Origin: Antedon mediterranea
Lineage: Eukaryota > Animalia > Echinodermata
Length of the DNA stretch: 64,000 bases
Reading direction: 5' to 3'
Assembly (NCBI RefSeq): GCF_964355755.1
Contig: NC_092678.1
Location: forward strand, 3,054,422 to 3,118,421
The notes under the pieces: model-generated
Told to the model about the DNA's origin: nothing
What the model saw: only the letters and a program-made list of their open reading frames with translations
Database searches by the model: none
In this document: positions 14,293-25,700 of the stretch, in pieces
How the letters are laid out: every line of letters begins with the position of its first letter
Position numbering within the stretch: the first letter of the stretch is position 1
Position numbers and translations under genes: made by a program

Positions 14293-14817
14293 ATTAGCAA
14301 AAATGTTCGTGAACAAATTTAGACGATAATAAAAGATTACACAGAATTGTTGTAAAGAAATCTTGTTTGCAAGTATATTAACCTGTTAGTGACATAAGTT
14401 CACAACTATATATGGTTCAAATCTACAATGGGTGGAAATGCTTTGTTGAGGAAGGCTTGAATAGGTTATACAGAGACACTCAGAAGAAAAAGAAATCAAA
14501 ATGCATTGACCTGATAACAAACTCAACTATATTTTATACGTATAAGCAGAAATGTCATAAATATCATGGAACATTGGCTGGAAAGGAGGCAGAAGTAGCT
14601 ACAGACGAGTACAAATAGAGAAAACAAAACAATTTGATTGTCTTGTATAATGGAAGGATGCAGTAAAGTTACGACCAACAACAAGAAAGTTGAGAGCTGA
14701 CAGCGATGTATTTTCTATCAGTAGTAGAGCCTTGAAAGCTTCAAGTACAGCTTCCGTGAAACTACCAAAAGGTACTACTACTACTCTACGGTTCAATAAC
14801 CGTTATTATCTACAGCC

Positions 14818-15119
14818 TGTAAGTGCCAAATCCAAGCTAGGTATACTGTGCTTGTGTTCACTGAAGGGTGTCAAGTGAACAGGTGACCAATCATATGGGT
14901 TATGCTAATGAAGGCATAGCTTGCTCGGGCTGTGGCTGGCAGTTGGATAGTTAGGCTTGTTGGGTAAGGACCTAGCAAGCACAAAAGGCTTATTTAGAAG
15001 CTTAAGCTGGCCTAGCTATAGAAGTGGTAGATGTACCAAGGCTTACTTAGAAGCCTAAAGCTTTAAAACAGTAGTAATTGATATAGTGTATAGCTATAGC
15101 TGCACATGTTATCCAGGCA
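14818..15119 (+). mobile_element. Solo LTR (302 bp, TGTAAG...CAGGCA)
   Basis: Near-identical to the paired LTRs at 18435/19247 and has the same left and right flanks as that element. Confidence 0.85.
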
Positions 15120-16949
15120 TATCTTTGTAAATCGGATCAAGTCGGAGAACAATTAAATTCCGCATTTGCAAGAAACTTGTTTGTGCAGTTATACAGCCCT
15201 ATACCATCGTGCAGTAAGGTTTACTGCAAATACCGTTCGCGATGCATGATGGGACCGAATTGGAAGCAACAACGCAACCACTTGTATAATAAAGTTTGCA
15301 TTATAATAACAAAAGCGTCTATGAACGTACTTAGGAAAAATGTATGTATTGAAAACAATATCATCGTGATTTTTAGGTACACAGGTGCCGATATACCGAT
15401 ATGCGTGATATAATCTAAAAGCAAGTTGCAAAGCGTGCTCTTGTTCGTCTGTTGGATTTGAACTGAAAGATGAGTAAGTGTCTCTTGTTTGAAATATACA
15501 AGCCGTTTAATCAATCGAACATTTAAAAGTAAATCCATAAAAAATCTGTGTAACTTTAATATTTTAAAATGTCTTAGTTACTGCTGTAACCTGTAGGCCT
15601 AATAAGTTAACATTACGTAGAAATCTTGTGTATGACAACAATAATACGGTAGTGTTTATGTTCTTTTGAATCTAACTTTACACGTGAAAAAAATTGTTTT
15701 CCTATACCATGGACGAACATTTTGACGTTTATGAGACAACGCTCTCATCAAATATAGGCCTACAGCACAAAATCTCCAAAGGAATATTCGTAAGAATGAT
15801 TAAACATACAGTAAAAAAAATAGGTTGGAAGAGACTTTCTAGTAAACGGCGATGATGGACCGTCAAAAAATGGAAGCTGTGGGGAACTCATTGCGAGGCT
15901 ATTACAGATGCAAACATCGGACACACCGTCACTCTAACTAACGTTGAGATTGTGGTCTACAATGACGCTCAACAAGTCAAGTCTTTGGAACTTAGTTTTC
16001 AAAAATGTATTCAAAATCACATATTACTGTTACAGCATAATGATTTTGATTCCCTGTAGCCAATTGTTGCCAAAAGCCAAAATTCAAGATAAGTTCTATC
16101 TATATCCAGCTATTTGAGCTTTACAGCTTCTCTCACCTTCTTAAAACAATTAATATGCCTACAAGATGACAAAGAAAAACGTTTCTCTCTTTCATTTTCG
16201 TCACACAGGCTGAAAAAAGGTATCAATTGACCATCACGGCTGAGGATGAAGAAATTGATCCAGAACCGTAAGTATATAAATTCAGAAAAACATCAACATG
16301 TAAATAACTTAATCAAATAGCACAGATTTAGACAAAACAAAATTCACTTAACTTACAAAAGTTTCTTTTCTTTCCACAGAAAAATTAATCTCCTTACAGA
16401 AAAAGATGAGATGTTAGTCTGCGATGTAAATGTTTTCCAATCGTTAAACTACTGAAGAATTTACTAACATGTTGCCAATAAAATGCAAAATAGTAAAAAA
16501 TAACGAATCAATTAAGTCAATTCAAATGGTTGAAAAATAAAAAAAAAACCAAAGCAACAAAAACTTGCGTAATTGTCTTTTATACCATGTGTTTTGTTGA
16601 CAGTACTTCCTTTAAAAATTATGTATTTTGTGACGGTTTCTAACTTCGAAACGGCAAGTGTTTTTCTTGAAAAGACGGCGAAAGTATACCTCTGAATAAA
16701 GTAGTAACCAATGGCTATACCTTGATGATAGTGATTGTTAATTAATATGTTAAATTTTATTTTTAACTGTTTATGTCCATTGCTGGAGTTTTTAGCTTGG
16801 CTGCTTTTAGTGTTTCTAGCATGCCATTGCTCAAAGGCACTCCAATCTGAATATTTACTTCTGCATCGCTCAATTGGTTTTGGATGTAACCCGTCCATTT
16901 TCTTAATAAGAGGCCTGCTTGGATATTTAGCCACAATTACTTGTTCAAA

Positions 16950-17120
16950 TGCATGAACAAGGACATAATGAAGTTGCAGTTACAGCTGGCAAAGTGAGAG
17001 CAAGATATTGGATTATAGAAGTTCCTAAATTAGCGAAAACTGTTATATTTAGATGGTGAAATGCAGGAAAATGAATCACAAGATGGAAGATCAATTTATG
17101 GCTGATCTACCTACTGAGCT
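16950..17120 (+). mobile_element. BEL/Pao integrase zinc-finger (H2C2) fragment; copies at 23145-23312 and 29297-29464
   Basis: HEQGHNEVAVTAGKVRARYWI..V..LAKTVI../VKCRK..QFMADLP(T)E, with a frameshift. Confidence 0.8.
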
Positions 17121-17448
17121 TGGACTTTATGATAATCTCATTTTTCTAATAAGGCACTTGAGTGATCATTGGTCAGCAAGAACATTGTAGTGATGGTCAT
17201 TCAACAGGACATATATCCATTACACCTCTCAAAAGGCAAGAAGTGTTTTATATAACATTCATTGACAATAGTGACCCTGTTATATTTAACCTTTTCAGAA
17301 TAGAATATCCTGAAAAAGAAGCAATTATCGAGAAAAGCTACAACTATATATTTTCTCGATTTATTGGAGTGTTTAAATAAAGGTAAATATAAAAGCATTT
17401 TACAAAATTATAAAGTATACCTTCTTTGATTTTACGATAGATATTTAA

Positions 17449-17935
17449 ACATCTCTTTGGTGGAACCTGGAGTCCAAGTTGCTGTGCATGTATTATTATT
17501 ACAGAGGAAAATAGAGACAGTTTTCACGTTGATACTATCCAGAGTGTTCTGGATGATTGTTAAATTTCGGTGGATAAAGGTGTTTTTAGATTAACAAAAC
17601 GGATTAGCAACGATCCCACTGTGATTGACTCCATACCAGACGATGAATGTGCTAAGGAAGTCAAAGGTTTAGATTTGAATAATGAAACCTTGCTGACAGA
17701 GAGGTGTACTGTACAATGGGATGTGGAATTAAATTCCCTTGGATATGAAATTACAGATAAAGAAACCGCTTAAATGAGATGATGATTGCTTAGTCTTGTT
17801 AGTTTAATCTATGATCCACATGGATACGTTTGCCCGTTCACTTGAAGGCAAAAGTTATAGTACAAGAGCTTAAACAGAAACTTAGTTGGGATGAATCACT
17901 ACCTCTGGTTCTTCTTGAGAGTTGGCAAAAATGTT
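17449..17935 (+). mobile_element. BEL/Pao RT to peptidase_A17/RNase H fragment; copies at ~23623-24087 and ~29775-30239
   Basis: KGVFRLTKRISND..., LLSLVSLIYDPHGYVCPF, AKVIVQELKQKLSWDESLP, with internal stops. Confidence 0.8.
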
Positions 17936-18434
17936 AGATGATAAAAAAAAGATTACACAGAATTGTTGTAAAGAAATCTTGTTAGCAAGTTATTAACCTG
18001 TTAGTGACATAAGTTCACAACTATATATGGTTCAAAACTACAATGGGTGGAAATGCTTCGTTGAGGAAGGCTTGTATAGGTTATACAGAGACACTCAGAA
18101 GAAAAAGAAATCAAAATGCATTGACCTGATAACCAACTCAACTATATTTTGTACGTATAAGCAGAATGTCATGAATATCATGGAACATTGGGTGGAAAGG
18201 AGGCAGAAGTAGCTATAGACAAGTACAAATAGAGAAAACAAATCTATTTGATTGTCTTGTATAAGAATGGAAGGATGCGGTAAAGTTACGACCAACAACA
18301 AGAAAGTTGAGAGCTGACAGCGATGTATTTTCTATCAGTAGTAGAGCCTTGAAAGCTTCAAGTACAGCTTCCGTGAAACTACCAAAAGGTACTACTACTA
18401 CTCTACGGTTCAATAACCGTTATTATCTACAGCC

Positions 18435-19548
18435 TGTAAGTGCCAAATCCAAGCTAGGTATACTGTGCTTGTGTTCACTGAAGGGTGTCAAGTGAACAGG
18501 TGACCAACCATATGGGTTATGCTAATGAAGGCATAGCTTGCTCGGGCTGTGGCTGGCAGTTGGATAGTTAGGCTTGTTGGGTAAGGACCTAGCAAGCACA
18601 AAAGGCTTATTTAGAAGCTTAAGCTGGCCTAGCTATAGAAGTGGTAGATGTACCAAGGCTTACTTAGAAGCCTAAAGCTTTAGTACAGTAGTAATTGATA
18701 TAGTGTATAGCTATAGCTGCACATGTTATCCAGGCATAGAATAGTGAATATCTTCCGCTGTTACAAAGAAGACAAAAGTGGTTCTCCAATCTCCAAGAAG
18801 AAATGATAAAATTTGAGATATTGTTTTACTGATAAGTGAGAACACCCCAAGAAATGTGTGGCCAATGGGTAAAGTTGTGGAGACATTACCAAACAAGGAT
18901 GGGTTTGTTCGGCAAGTAAAGGTAAAGACACATGCAAGTATCCTGACAAGGCCTGTGAGTAAACTATGTTTGCTGTTGGACAATGATGATCCGGAAAAGT
19001 AATCCGAAGCGTTGTCTATATTATTCTGAATTGAACAAAACAAAAGAAGGAAACACAGAAAACTTAAGAAACTTTAAATGGATTTTATCTTTAACTTTAT
19101 TTTTGTTGCTATTTATATACAGTGTTGTTTAACTTTATGGTCAATAAGTTGATGGATAATTTGTATTATAGGCCTGGATTTTACACTTTCATTGTACAGT
19201 AATTGTATGTAGAATTGTGCAATGCGCAATTGTGGGTGGGTGGGTATGTAAGTGCCAAATCCAAGCTAGGTATACTGTGCTTGTGTTCACTGAAGGGTGT
19301 CAAGTGAACAGGTGACCAACCATATGGGTTATGCTAATGAGGGCATAGCTTGCTCGGGCTGTGGCTGGCAGTTGGATAGTTAGGCTTGTTGGGTAAGGAC
19401 CTAGCAAGCATAAAAGGCTTATTTAGAAGCCTAAGCTGGCCTAGCTATAGAAGTGGTAGATGTACCAAGGCTTACTTAGAAGCCTAAAGCTTTAAAACAG
19501 TAGTAATTGATATAGTGTATAGCTATAGCTGCACATGTTATCCAGGCA
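18435..19548 (+). mobile_element. Non-autonomous mini BEL/Pao LTR element: LTR 18435-18736, ~510-bp internal region, LTR 19247-19548
   Basis: Two 302-bp TG...CA direct repeats. Internal part encodes IVLLISENTPRNVWPMGKVVETLPNKDGFVRQVKVKT..LTRPVSKLCLL (DUF5641-type pol C-terminus). G-rich PPT-like GGGTGGGTGGGTA lies just before the 3' LTR. Confidence 0.88.
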
Positions 19549-20128
19549 TATCTTTGTAAATCGGATCAAGTCGGAGAACAATTAAATTCCGCATTTGCAA
19601 GAAACTTGTTTGTGCAGTTATACAGCCCTATACCATCGTGCAGTAAGGTTTACTGCAAATACCGTTCGCGATGCATGATGGGACCGAATTGGAAGCAACA
19701 ACGCAACCACTTGTATAATAAAGTTTGCATTATAATAACAAAAGCGTCTATGAACGTACTTAGGAAAAATGTATGTATTCAAAACAATATCATCGTGATT
19801 TTTAGGTACACAGGTACCGATATGCGTGATATAATCTAAAGGCAAGTTGCAAAGAGTACTCTCGTTCGTCTGTTGGATTTGAACTGAAAGATGTGTAAGT
19901 GTCTCTTGTTTGAAATATACAAGCCGTTTAATCAATCGAACATTGAAAAGTAAATCCATAAAAAATCTGTGTAACTTTAATATTTTAAAATGTCTCAGTT
20001 ACTGCTGTAACCTGTAAGCCTAATAGGTTAACATTACGTAGAAATCTTGTGTACGACAACAATAATACGGTAGTGTTTACGTTCTTTTGAATCTAACTTT
20101 ACACGTGAAAACAATTCTTTTCCTATAC

Positions 20129-20900
20129 CATGGACGAACATTTTGACGTTTATGAGACAACGCTCTCATCAAATATAGGCCTACAGCTCAAAATCTCCAA
20201 AGGTATATTCGTAAGAATGATTAAACATACAGTAAAAAAAAATAGGTTGGAAGAGACTTTCTAGTAAACGGCGATGATAGACCGTCAAAAAATGGAAACT
20301 GTGGGGAACTCATTGCGAGGCTATTACCGATGCAAACATCGGACACACCGTCACTCTAACTAACGTTGAGATTGAGGTCTACAATGACGCTCAACAAGTC
20401 AAGTCTTTGGATTTGACAACCACAAACGTAAGAACTTAGTTTTCAAAAATGTATTCAAAATCACATATTACTGTTACAGCATAATGATTTTGGTTCCATG
20501 TAGCCAATTGTTGCCAAAAGCCAAAGTTTCAATATAAGTTCTATCTATATCCAGCTATTTGAGCAAATCTTTACAGCTTCTCTCGCCTTCTTAAATCAAT
20601 TAATATGCCTACAAGATGACAAAGAAAAACGTTTCTCTTTCATTTTCGTCACACAGGCTGAAAAAAGGGTATCAATTGACCATCACGGCTGAGGATGAAG
20701 AAATTGATCCAGAACCGTAAGTATATAAATTCAGAAAAACATAAACATGTAAATAACTTAATCAAATAGCACAGATTTAGACGAAACAAAATTCACTTAA
20801 CTTACACAAGTTTCTTTTCTTTCCACAGAAAAATTAATCTCCTTACAGAAAATGATGAGATTTTAGTCTGCGATGTAAATGTTTTCCAATCGTTAAACTA
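20129..20900 (+). pseudogene. Intron-containing OB-fold-like gene remnant; copies at ~15709-16450 and ~26281-27050
   Basis: Exon-like block 20246-20427 (AG...GTAAG) reads, across a frameshift, RDFLV../KLWGTHCEAITDANIGHTVTLTNVEIEVYNDAQQVKS, similar to RPA/SSB OB-fold strands. Further AG/GTAAG-bounded blocks at ~20658-20716 and from ~20829. Confidence 0.45.
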
Positions 20901-22029
20901 CTGAAGAATTTACTAACATGTTGCCAATGAAATGCAAAATAGTCAAAAATAACGAATCAATTAAGTCAATTCAAATGGTTAAAAAATAAAAAAAAAACCA
21001 AAGCAACAAAAACTTGCGTAATTGTCTTTTATACCATGTGTTTTGTTGACAGTATAGTTGAATGCCTTCATCAAAATGTCACTTTTATATCCTAGGCCAG
21101 TTGTCTAAAAAATCATATCGGTCTGACTATTAGTTAATACAATAACATAATTATTAATTATGAGTCTTGTTAATGGTAGTGTTCAAAATTTGACTTCCTT
21201 TAAAAATTATGTATTTTGTGACTTTTTCTAACTTCGAAACGGCAAGTGTTTTTCTTGAAAAGACGGCGAAAGTATACCTCTGAATAAAGTAGTAACCAAT
21301 GGCTATACCTTGATGATAGTGATTCTTATTTAATATGTTAAATTTTATTTTTAACTGTTTATGTCCATTGCTGGAGTTTTTAGCTTGGCTGCTTTTAGTG
21401 TTTCTAGCATGCCATTGCTCAAAGGCACTCCAATCTGAATATTTACTTCTGCATCGCTCAATTGGTTTTGGATGTAACCCGTCCATTTTCTTAATAAGAG
21501 GCCTGCTTGGATATTTAGCCACAATTACTTGTTTGATCTTCTCAAGATGCTCCAGACTGTTACTTTCTGATCGGACTTCTTCCTTTTGGCATTTTCTCAA
21601 GATCATCAGACGGATTGATTGACCTATCGTTAAATAAACCGTGTTGAGCTTAATTATTTGATACTGAACTTTCATTTATTTAACACCTTCTTTCTTCCTC
21701 GTTCAGTCGATGGACTAAATTGTATCCATGTCAATTGAAAGAGAAAAGCCACCGTCTGTCAAATCCCATTTCTTCTTTCTGTCAAAACAATTTTATGGTC
21801 TAGATGCACCTGTTGTCCACTAACAGAAGAATCAAAACTACTCAGTATGTTGTGTTCTTCCAATACAATTAAATATCCTGAATTGCTGTCTGCTATACTA
21901 AATGGGTTGGTAAGTTCACTTTCATTATAGTGTTAATCACATTTCTTTCATTCCTCTTTCTCTCCCCCAAAGGTCAGTGGAATAAAATTTTTGCATAAGG
22001 GAAACCAAAACAATAGTGGTCTCTGGTTA

Positions 22030-22470
22030 CAAAGGAAGTATTAGACAATCAAGATAGGCTGTATTATCTGGATCAATTGACGGCAAGGGAGGTAAATCAA
22101 CTTGTGAAAAGTTTCATGCGCATGGAACCAGAGAAAAGCTACACTAAAGCCAAACAAGCCATCACAAAACAGTATGGAAATAAAGTTTAAATTGGCAGAA
22201 TCATACCTTCAAAGAGTCAATAACTTCTCAGATATTAAGGCAGAAGATGGAGGCAGGATTTCTAAGTTTTTATTACTTTTTTTGGAGTGCCAAGAATATT
22301 GCTCATATGGAAGGTTTGCTGAGAAGGTGCATGTAGTTGAATTATCAAAGGATGGAGAGTGTTGGTATGTGCCACACCATGGTGTTTACCACCCTCAGGA
22401 TCAAAGACTTTGAGTAGATTTCAACTGTGCTGCCAAATCAGAAGGTTTGTAAATGAATGATTGTCTTCTT
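22030..22470 (+). mobile_element. BEL/Pao gag (DUF1759-like) fused to an RT N-terminal fragment; copy at 28182-28622
   Basis: YTKAKQAITKQYGN, AESYLQRVNNFSDIKAED, then WYVPHHGVYHPQ..RL*VDFNCAAKSEG.*MNDCLL (BEL WYLPHHxV..LRVVFD motif). Confidence 0.82.
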
Positions 22471-22559
22471 CATCGAATCAAAGGACAACGAAATAGATTT
22501 TGTAACAAAATTAATAACCACATTACGTACATGATAAAGCTAATTAATAATATAGACAT

Positions 22560-22662
22560 TGTTACTAGGGCAGCACAGACACCGAACCCACTGACCACCA
22601 TGTCCAATGTTACTAGGGCAGCACAGAGACCGAACCCACTGACCACCATGTCCAATGTTACT
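22560..22662. repeat. 48-bp tandem repeat, ~2.1 copies; also at 28712-28814
   Basis: TGTTACTAGGGCAGCACAGA(C/G)ACCGAACCCACTGACCACCATGTCCAA occurs twice. Confidence 0.9.
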
Positions 22663-24586
22663 GGGCGGAATCAGATGACCAATGTTGTGAATGAAGCTGT
22701 GCCGATACATAATGCTCAGCTACAACCCGAATGGACGTTCACAAATGCAGAACATTCCGAGAACAAGTGAAGTGGTCAAAAACTCAATCAATCAACAATA
22801 CTCAACCGGTCTGTGTTAAACCTGAAATCGACCAAGCTCCATCAGTATCAATGGCTGTGAGTTGTGAGGAACATGCGTTCTAAACAGAAAATTGAGCTTG
22901 TGTTCACTGAAGGACCGCTTACACCCTAATAAATGGAGGAGTCAGAAAGGTTTTAGATTCGAAAATCGCAGCATTCGCTACAGTCGTGTACAGAAAGAAG
23001 GGAGAATTCAAAAGGTTAAGCTCCTTTGAAGAATTTACGTTGGGGGTAGAGCTGGTGGTGCAGAAAATAAAATTGCCTACGATAGTAAACGCCCAGTTCT
23101 TCTGCTGAAAGAACATTGTCTATCATATCTTATAACTTGTCCAATGCATGAACAAGGACATAATGAAGTTGCAGTTACAGCTGGCAAAGTGAGAGCAAGA
23201 TATTGGATTATAGAAGTTCCTAAATTAGCGAAAACTGTTATATTTAGATGGTGAAATGCAGGAAAATGAATCACAAGATGGAAGATCAATTTATGGCTGA
23301 TCTACCTACCGAGCTTGGACTTTATGATAATCTCGTTTTTCTAATAAGGCACTTGAGTGATCATTGGTCAGCAAGAACATTGTAGTGATGGTCATTCAAC
23401 AGGACATATATCCATTACACCTCGCAAAAGGCAAGAAGTGTTTTATATAACATTCATTGACAATAGTGACCCTGTTATATTTAACCTTTTCAGAATAGAA
23501 TATCCTGAAAACAGAAGCAATTATCGAGAAAAGCTACAACTATATATTAAATAAAGGTAAATATAAAAGCATTTTACAAAATTATAAATTATACCTTCTT
23601 TGATTTTACGATAGATATTTAAAGATCTCTTTGGTGGAACCTGGAGTCAAAGTTGCTGTGCATGTATTATTATTACAGAGGAAAATAGAGACAGTTTTCA
23701 CGTTGATACTATCCAGAGTGTTCTGGATGATTGTTAAATTTCGGTGGATAAAGGTGTTTTTAGGTTAACAAAATGGATTAGCAACGATACCACTGTGATT
23801 TACTCCATACCAGATGATGAATGTGCTAAGGAAGTCAAAGGTTTAGATTTGAATAATAAAACCTTGCTGACAGAGAGGTGTACTGTACAATGGGATATGA
23901 AATTACAGATAAAGAAACCGCTTAAATGAGATGATGATTGCTTAGTCTTGTTAGTTTAATCTATGATCCACATGGATACGTTTGCCCGTTCACTTGAAGG
24001 CAAAAGTTATAGTACAAGAGCTTAAACAGAAACTTAGTTGGGATGAATCACTACCTGTAGATCTTCTTGAGAGTTGGCAAAAATGTTAGATGATAAAAAA
24101 AAGATTACACAGAATTGTTGTAAAGAAATCTTGTTAGCAAGTTATTAACCTGTTAGTGACATAAGTTCACAACTATATATGGTTCAAAACTACAATGGGT
24201 GGAAATGCTTCGTTGAGGAAGGCTTGTATAGGTTATACAGAGACACTCAGAAGAAAAAGAAATCAAAATGCATTGACCTGATAACCAACTCAACTATATT
24301 TTGTACGTATAAGCAGAATGTCATGAATATCATGGAACATTGGGTGGAAAGGAGGCAGAAGTAGCTATAGACAAGTACAAATAGAGAAAACAAATCTATT
24401 TGATTGTCTTGTATAAGAATGGAAGGATGCGGTAAAGTTACGACCAACAACAAGAAAGTTGAGAGCTGACAGCGATGTATTTTCTATCAGTAGTAGAGCC
24501 TTGAAAGCTTCAAGTACAGCTTCCGTGAAACTACCAAAAGGTACTACTACTACTCTACGGTTCAATAACCGTTATTATCTACAGCC

Positions 24587-25700
24587 TGTAAGTGCCAAAT
24601 CCAAGCTAGGTATACTGTGCTTGTGTTCACTGAAGGGTGTCAAGTGAACAGGTGACCAACCATATGGGTTATGCTAATGAAGGCATAGCTTGCTCGGGCT
24701 GTGGCTGGCAGTTGGATAGTTAGGCTTGTTGGGTAAGGACCTAGCAAGCACAAAAGGCTTATTTAGAAGCTTAAGCTGGCCTAGCTATAGAAGTGGTAGA
24801 TGTACCAAGGCTTACTTAGAAGCCTAAAGCTTTAGTACAGTAGTAATTGATATAGTGTATAGCTATAGCTGCACATGTTATCCAGGCATAGAATAGTGAA
24901 TATCTTCCGCTGTTACAAAGAAGACAAAAGTGGTTCTCCAATCTCCAAGAAGAAATGATAAAATTTGAGATATTGTTTTACTGATAAGTGAGAACACCCC
25001 AAGAAATGTGTGGCCAATGGGTAAAGTTGTGGAGACATTACCAAACAAGGATGGGTTTGTTCGGCAAGTAAAGGTAAAGACACATGCAAGTATCCTGACA
25101 AGGCCTGTGAGTAAACTATGTTTGCTGTTGGACAATGATGATCCGGAAAAGTAATCCGAAGCGTTGTCTATATTATTCTGAATTGAACAAAACAAAAGAA
25201 GGAAACACAGAAAACTTAAGAAACTTTAAATGGATTTTATCTTTAACTTTATTTTTGTTGCTATTTATATACAGTGTTGTTTAACTTTATGGTCAATAAG
25301 TTGATGGATAATTTGTATTATAGGCCTGGATTTTACACTTTCATTGTACAGTAATTGTATGTAGAATTGTGCAATGCGCAATTGTGGGTGGGTGGGTATG
25401 TAAGTGCCAAATCCAAGCTAGGTATACTGTGCTTGTGTTCACTGAAGGGTGTCAAGTGAACAGGTGACCAACCATATGGGTTATGCTAATGAGGGCATAG
25501 CTTGCTCGGGCTGTGGCTGGCAGTTGGATAGTTAGGCTTGTTGGGTAAGGACCTAGCAAGCATAAAAGGCTTATTTAGAAGCCTAAGCTGGCCTAGCTAT
25601 AGAAGTGGTAGATGTACCAAGGCTTACTTAGAAGCCTAAAGCTTTAAAACAGTAGTAATTGATATAGTGTATAGCTATAGCTGCACATGTTATCCAGGCA
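24587..25700 (+). mobile_element. Second copy of the mini BEL/Pao element (LTRs 24587-24888 and 25399-25700)
   Basis: Copy of 18435-19548 at +6152. Confidence 0.88.

Larger units (their letters stand above)
13680..17910. repeat. Older, diverged and deleted copy of the tandem mosaic unit
   Basis: 14300-16945 aligns to ~17925-21530 with substitutions and indels; 16950-17910 aligns to ~23145-24060. Confidence 0.8.
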
